This document shows, piece after piece, positions 58,973 to 64,000 of a DNA stretch of 64,000 nt. Below the pieces are notes generated by a model, which saw only the letters and a list, made by a program, of their open reading frames with translations, ran no database searches and was not told where the DNA came from. Both the position numbers and the translations under genes were made by a program. Origin of the DNA: Chitinophagales bacterium (lineage in GTDB: Bacteria; Bacteroidota; Bacteroidia; Chitinophagales; Chitinophagaceae); NCBI GenBank assembly GCA_964203405.1, contig CAXNLL010000001.1, forward strand, positions 317,814-381,813, given 5' to 3'. The first letter of the stretch is position 1. Each line of letters starts with the position of its first letter.

Positions 58973-60250
58973 ATGAATACCCCCTTTATGGAAAAGTACG
59001 GAAAGATCTTATTAATTGTCATGCCCATTTTTTTTATGATGATTCTTATAGAAAAATGGTATGGTTGGTATATAAAAAAAGAACGTAACCATTCAATGGA
59101 TACAGTGAGTAGTTTAAGTTCAGCCATCACCATGGTCATTAAAAATGTATTGGGTTTAAGTTTCACCATTTTAAGTTACAAATGGATTGAACAAAGAGTG
59201 GCCATTACACATATTAGCACCACTTGGCTCACTTATATTATTGCCTTTGTTTGCTTAGACTTTTCACACTATTGGATTCACCGTATAGAACATAAAAATA
59301 ATTTTTTCTGGAATAGTCATATTGTACATCATAGTAGTGAAGAATTTGATTTAGCCTGTGCAGTAAGACAACCCATCTCATCTTTCGTGAAAATATTTTC
59401 TATTTTCTTACTTCCGGCAGCTTTATTGGGCGTATCCCCTTTGGTGATTGCCACTGTTACCCCTATTCAATTTTTTGCTCAATTCTGGTACCATACGCGC
59501 TATATTAACAGAATGGGATTTCTAGAATATATCTTAGTAACCCCTTCACACCATAGAGTGCACCATGCTATTAACAAAGAGTACATGGATAAAAACATGG
59601 CCCAAATATTTATTATATGGGATAAATTATTCGGCAGTTTCCAAGAAGAATTACCCCATGTAGTTCCTGTTTATGGAATTACAAGACCTATGAGAACTTG
59701 GAACCCTATAAAAATTAATTTCAAACACATGTGGCTGTTAATTACTGACGCTTGGAAAACAAATGATATTAAAGCCAAGTTTCAATTATGGTTCAAACCT
59801 ACGGGATGGAGACCTGCCGATCTAGAAGCCAAAAGTCCTGTGTTTAAAATTGAGGATGTGTATCATTTTGAAAAATACCAAACTAAAAGGTCAAACCCTT
59901 TTTACGCATGGGTTTGGTTACAAATTGTACTTATATTTATTATTGTTGCTTATTTCTTAGGCAATATTGCAAATATTGGAGTACCCAATATATTTATTTA
60001 TGGAGCCTTTGTCTATGTTTATATTTATGCCTTAACCGATTTTATGGATGGCAACCCATCCTCTCTTTTTTGGGAGCTATTAAAATCAATTTTTGGAATA
60101 AGTATTATTGTTTTTATTGGAGATTGGTTTGGAGCCGATAAATACTATTCATTATTAAGTAAGTTAATGATTGCCTATTTTATACTTTCCCTAATAGTTA
60201 CCTACACGCTTCATAAAAAAGAACTTAGCCCAGAAAAAGCGGTAGCTTAA
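58973..60250 (+). CDS. sterol desaturase/fatty acid hydroxylase family protein (alkylglycerol monooxygenase-like)
   Basis: HRIEH, HIVHHS, HRVHH His boxes, IWDKLFGSF, C-terminal TM bundle. Confidence 0.82.
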   Translation: MNTPFMEKYGKILLIVMPIFFMMILIEKWYGWYIKKERNHSMDTVSSLSSAITMVIKNVLGLSFTILSYKWIEQRVAITHISTTWLTYIIAFVCLDFSHYWIHRIEHKNNFFWNSHIVHHSSEEFDLACAVRQPISSFVKIFSIFLLPAALLGVSPLVIATVTPIQFFAQFWYHTRYINRMGFLEYILVTPSHHRVHHAINKEYMDKNMAQIFIIWDKLFGSFQEELPHVVPVYGITRPMRTWNPIKINFKHMWLLITDAWKTNDIKAKFQLWFKPTGWRPADLEAKSPVFKIEDVYHFEKYQTKRSNPFYAWVWLQIVLIFIIVAYFLGNIANIGVPNIFIYGAFVYVYIYALTDFMDGNPSSLFWELLKSIFGISIIVFIGDWFGADKYYSLLSKLMIAYFILSLIVTYTLHKKELSPEKAVA

Positions 60251-60261
60251 AAATATATACT

Positions 60262-60666
60262 ATGACCTCTATCGTAACCTACGACGCGAATTTAAGAACC
60301 ACTTGTGTGCATTTACAAAGTGGCTCTCCTATTCAAACAGATGCCCCTACCGACAATAAAGGCAAGGGGGAAAGATTTTCTCCCACCGATTTAATTGCTA
60401 CGGGTTTAGGTGCTTGTATGATTACCACCATGGGTATTAAGGCAGAATCCATGTCTATTGCGCTTGATGGTGCCAAGGTAGAAGTGACTAAAATAATGGT
60501 ATCAGATCCTAGAAGAATAGGAAAGATTATTGCGCATGTGACCATGCCTGCTGGTTTAAACTTAGATGATAAAACTAAGGAGATATTAGAAAGAGTGGCA
60601 AGAACCTGCCCAGTGGAAAGAAGCCTACATCCAGATTTGGAATTAGATATTGCTTTTAATTGGTAG
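60262..60666 (+). CDS. OsmC family protein
   Basis: FSPTDL..LGAC and TCPVERSL two-Cys pattern. Confidence 0.88.
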   Translation: MTSIVTYDANLRTTCVHLQSGSPIQTDAPTDNKGKGERFSPTDLIATGLGACMITTMGIKAESMSIALDGAKVEVTKIMVSDPRRIGKIIAHVTMPAGLNLDDKTKEILERVARTCPVERSLHPDLELDIAFNW

Positions 60667-60729
60667 TAATTACTTACAACAAATGAAAAAGTAAATTAAT
60701 AAAGAAAAAAATATTAATACCTAAAGCAA

Positions 60730-61317
60730 CTAACTAATATTTAGTTGCTTTATTGTTTGCACTAGCTTACTTACAGGAAGTCCCATTACATTATAAAAAT
60801 CGCCAGTAATTTTTTTAATCCCTACTACTCCTATCCATTCTTGAATGGCATAGCCCCCTGCTTTATCATAGGGCTTATATTTATTTACGTAAAATTCTAT
60901 TTGCTCAGGCGTTAATGTATGAAACTCCACCAAGGTCGTTTCACTAAAGCTTATTTCCTGGCCTTGATATAATAAAACTACACCGGTAATAACTTTATGG
61001 GTTTGACCAGACAAGGCTAGCAAGGAATCAATAGCCTCTTGTTTATTATTAGGCTTACCGATTATTTTTTGATCCAATACCACCACGGTATCTGCTGCAA
61101 TAATACATTGGTTTACCAAAGTAGGCTTAGTGGAAAGAATCATTTCTTTTACGGCCAAGGCTTTATTTTTTGCAATAAACTCCGGCACTGTTTCGATAGC
61201 TAAACTAGCTGGATAAGATTCATCTGCGTCTGAAACAATAATTTCAAAAGGAATTTCAGCCCATTCAAGTAATGTTTTTCTTCTAGGAGATTGCGAGGCT
61301 AGTATGAATGAAGGCAT
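60730..61317 (-). CDS. maf: Maf nucleoside triphosphate pyrophosphatase
   Basis: ILASQSPRR, AADTVV, DKAGGYAIQ, NVMGLP. Confidence 0.92.
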   Translation of the reverse strand: MPSFILASQSPRRKTLLEWAEIPFEIIVSDADESYPASLAIETVPEFIAKNKALAVKEMILSTKPTLVNQCIIAADTVVVLDQKIIGKPNNKQEAIDSLLALSGQTHKVITGVVLLYQGQEISFSETTLVEFHTLTPEQIEFYVNKYKPYDKAGGYAIQEWIGVVGIKKITGDFYNVMGLPVSKLVQTIKQLNIS

Positions 61318-61347
61318 GAAATGAATCGATTATATGAAACTATTATA

Positions 61348-62283
61348 TTAAAATAAAAAGTAGAAAAACAGAATGGATAAAATACCTGCTAGCATGGCAA
61401 ATTTTAAATAGGCACTTAGTTTTTTAAAGTGGTTATGCGTAAAGGCCTTAGGCAATTGAATTAGAACAAGACTTAAGGGGGTGATAATAAATATAAGACA
61501 ATATAAAACAGTATACCACCAACCAAATGGAATTACATATAATTGAATGATTAACAAAACGGCTATGACCACAAAGGTCCATACGGCTAGATATACTTTA
61601 GTGGGTTTTAAACCCCAGGCGATGGGCAAGGTATTGCAACCAAATTTCTGATCGCCTTCCATATCCTCCATATCTTTTAAAGCTTCTCTCACCAAGGTTA
61701 ATATAAAAGCAAATGCACTATACAATAATGTAAGTTTCGCAAATTTTAAAACAGCCCCATTACTAATTTCAGGATGAAAAATTTCCTGCACCGTAAACTT
61801 AGAAAAATATACAATGGCAATAGACCAAGCGGTGAGTATGGCAATTATAATATTGCCTACTAAAAACTTCTTTTTAAATGTAGTGCTATAAAACCATAAA
61901 AATAAAATGGCCAATAAATTAGTAATATGAATATGCCAATACGATTGAAAAGGAAATACAATAGTGGATATATACATACCCAATACACTAAAGATTAAAT
62001 GCCAGAAAATAACCATCCTTCTACTAATATAAGCACCTACCACTACCTTTTGAGGCTTATTAACTTGGTCAATATTGACATCGAAATAATCGTTAATCAT
62101 ATAGCCTGCAGCCGCAATTAAAATATTACTAGTAAGCATGAAATAAAATCGAATATCTGCCTCGCTACCTGAAATAGGAAATAGTGGTTTGTAAATACAA
62201 AAATGCAGTAAGCATTCTGCTAGTATAATGAATACTAAGTTGGGCCAGCGCACCAATTTTAAAAAATGAATGAATAATTTCAA
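61348..62283 (-). CDS. UbiA-family prenyltransferase (geranylgeranylglycerol-phosphate geranylgeranyltransferase-like)
   Basis: LVRWPNL, INDYFDVNIDQVNKP, REALKDMEDMEGD. Confidence 0.85.
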   Translation of the reverse strand: MKLFIHFLKLVRWPNLVFIILAECLLHFCIYKPLFPISGSEADIRFYFMLTSNILIAAAGYMINDYFDVNIDQVNKPQKVVVGAYISRRMVIFWHLIFSVLGMYISTIVFPFQSYWHIHITNLLAILFLWFYSTTFKKKFLVGNIIIAILTAWSIAIVYFSKFTVQEIFHPEISNGAVLKFAKLTLLYSAFAFILTLVREALKDMEDMEGDQKFGCNTLPIAWGLKPTKVYLAVWTFVVIAVLLIIQLYVIPFGWWYTVLYCLIFIITPLSLVLIQLPKAFTHNHFKKLSAYLKFAMLAGILSILFFYFLF

Positions 62284-62299
62284 ATTGATTATTTTAAAT

Positions 62300-62815
62300 T
62301 CATTTAGACTGAATATGATCATCATTATCCCAATGATCATTCAACTTTAATGTTTTTTCAATCACTTCTCTAGCACAGCCCTCTCCACCTTTAGCAATGG
62401 CTTTATAAGTAGCCATGGCTTTAATATCAATAGCTGCATCATTAGGACAAGCTGCAATACTAACTAATTGCATGGCTTCTACATCGGGCATATCATCGCC
62501 CATATATAATATTTGATCAAGTGGGGTTGCATGTAATATAGATAACTCTTCTAAAAGTACTTTCTTATCTGTCACTTTCATAAACACTTGACTAACCCCT
62601 AATTTTTCTAATCGCTCTTTCACTTCATCAGAATTGCCCCCTGAAATAATCCAAACCTTGTAGCCTTTTTTAATAGCCAACTGAATAGCATAACCATCTT
62701 TAATATTCATAGTTCTTGCCATTAGTCCATTGGGCATAACCAATAAATTACCGTTGGTTAATACACCATCCACATCAAATACAAAACAAGTTATATTTTT
62801 AAATTTTGCTAACAA
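62300..62815 (-). CDS. kdsC: KDO 8-phosphate phosphatase (HAD family)
   Basis: FDVDGVLT, KDGYAI, YMGDDMPD, GGEGCAREVIE. Confidence 0.88.
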   Translation of the reverse strand: MLAKFKNITCFVFDVDGVLTNGNLLVMPNGLMARTMNIKDGYAIQLAIKKGYKVWIISGGNSDEVKERLEKLGVSQVFMKVTDKKVLLEELSILHATPLDQILYMGDDMPDVEAMQLVSIAACPNDAAIDIKAMATYKAIAKGGEGCAREVIEKTLKLNDHWDNDDHIQSK

Positions 62816-62845
62816 GACTTCTTTATTTAGACAATAAAAGTAAGC

Positions 62846-63085
62846 TTATTTTTGATTATCGCGCCACTCATACACCCAGGCGGACTGAATCATTTCCAGA
62901 TGACCCTCACTTGACTCCTCTTTTTTACCCTCAAAATGAGGCAAGGATAAAACCCAATCTAATAAGTCGGTGAAACGAACTCTATAAATTTTTGACTCTG
63001 TAAAATCATCCCCAAATTTTTCATATAATTTTTGAGCGATGTCTTCATGATCATTCCAATGAATGGGTGGTTCAAACTGAGGCAT
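62846..63085 (-). CDS. iscX: Fe-S assembly protein IscX
   Basis: W.DHEDIA..L, VRFTDL..WV, LEMIQSAW. Confidence 0.85.
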   Translation of the reverse strand: MPQFEPPIHWNDHEDIAQKLYEKFGDDFTESKIYRVRFTDLLDWVLSLPHFEGKKEESSEGHLEMIQSAWVYEWRDNQK

Positions 63086-63116
63086 AATGGTATATTTAAT
63101 TCGGGTCTAGTATAAT

Positions 63117-63452
63117 TTATTCTCCTAAAAATTGTGTTTGATCGGGCACTAATATTTCTATGGCACCGCTGCCTGCTAATAATTCGCATTGGCATCCTAA
63201 TCTTGATTCTATTCTTGGACTCACTGCTCTGTCAATAAAATCTTCTTCTCTATCCGATAGTTCTTGTAAAAATTCAGCGCCTTTCTTTATATATATATGA
63301 CAGGTACTACAAGCGCAAACACCCCCGCAATTATGGTGTAATATCATACCAGCCTCTAATAGAACTTCTAATAAGCTATGGTCTGGCTTAATGTCATTTA
63401 ACGTAACTGGCTCTAAGCCTTTTTGTTCAAAATTAATTTTTATCGAATACAT
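63117..63452 (-). CDS. fdx: 2Fe-2S ferredoxin (ISC type)
   Basis: HNCGGVCACSTCH, SRLGCQ. Confidence 0.9.
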   Translation of the reverse strand: MYSIKINFEQKGLEPVTLNDIKPDHSLLEVLLEAGMILHHNCGGVCACSTCHIYIKKGAEFLQELSDREEDFIDRAVSPRIESRLGCQCELLAGSGAIEILVPDQTQFLGE

Positions 63453-63590
63453 AGCTCGTTATTAGATTTTTGCAAAAATACTAGATATCATTCAATGCTT
63501 AGTCTCATTTTTATTTTTCTTTGTCGAAATACAAAAAAATTAATATCTATACATTAGGGCTTCTTATCTTTGCGCTCTAATTATATAATT

Positions 63591-64000
63591 ATGGCCACGC
63601 TTGGGTTCTCTGAAAGGATTTATTTACAATATTTGAGAACCAAGTTCAAAACCTTAGGCATGGTTTCGCCCCCAGTGGCAGGCAAATTAGCCTTTGATTT
63701 ATTCTGCACCCCCTATCCAAAATATAAGAAAAGAAAGGCCCCTGCTATATTTCATCAAGGGAAATCCTTAAATATAACCCTCACAGGAGATGGCATTATA
63801 AAAACAGGCAACACTAAAATTCATGGCTTTGAATGGAAGCCCTTAAAGCCAAATGGACAAACCGTATTAATTGCACATGGCTATGCCAGCTATTTTTATA
63901 AGTTTGACCAATATATTCAGCCCTTATTGAAAAAGGGTTTTAGGGTTATTGGCTTTGATGCACCTGGACATGGTCTTAGCGAGGGCAAACACATTAATAT
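63591..64000 (+). CDS. alpha/beta hydrolase (partial, runs off right edge)
   Basis: read from DNA: LFCTP, VLIAHGYAS, FDAPGHGLSEG. Confidence 0.8.
   Translation, partial: MATLGFSERIYLQYLRTKFKTLGMVSPPVAGKLAFDLFCTPYPKYKKRKAPAIFHQGKSLNITLTGDGIIKTGNTKIHGFEWKPLKPNGQTVLIAHGYASYFYKFDQYIQPLLKKGFRVIGFDAPGHGLSEGKHIN

Overview
AT-rich chromosomal segment of a Bacteroidota bacterium; TAnnTTTG promoters and gene content suggest a Chitinophagaceae-like organism (inference). Most of the window is housekeeping: sdhCAB, tsaD, katG, dnaK, argS, rnhA, xerD, rpmF-plsX, fbaA, accD, smpB, smc, ftsE, purM, ribF, holA, glgABC, lipA, kdsC, iscX-fdx and two tRNA-Leu genes. Many core genes are split by small frameshifts, most likely uncorrected long-read errors. 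The main non-core feature is a ~3.06-kb islet inserted at the 3' end of tRNA-Leu(CAA), bounded by a 13-bp direct repeat (9655-9667 and 12713-12725). It encodes no integrase but keeps lambda-attP-like ends: paired AGTAACG arm-type repeats and IHF-consensus boxes on both sides of the core. Its only cargo is a 910-aa Mrr-like nuclease/SF2 helicase with four Trp-rich C-terminal repeats and no methyltransferase, a candidate trans-mobilised defence cassette. Directly downstream are a ~190-nt multi-hairpin element, whose 5' part recurs behind the second tRNA-Leu, and a small DUF1566/CLec gene with a DGR-variable-region-like 3' end. All calls are by eye; no database searches were run.
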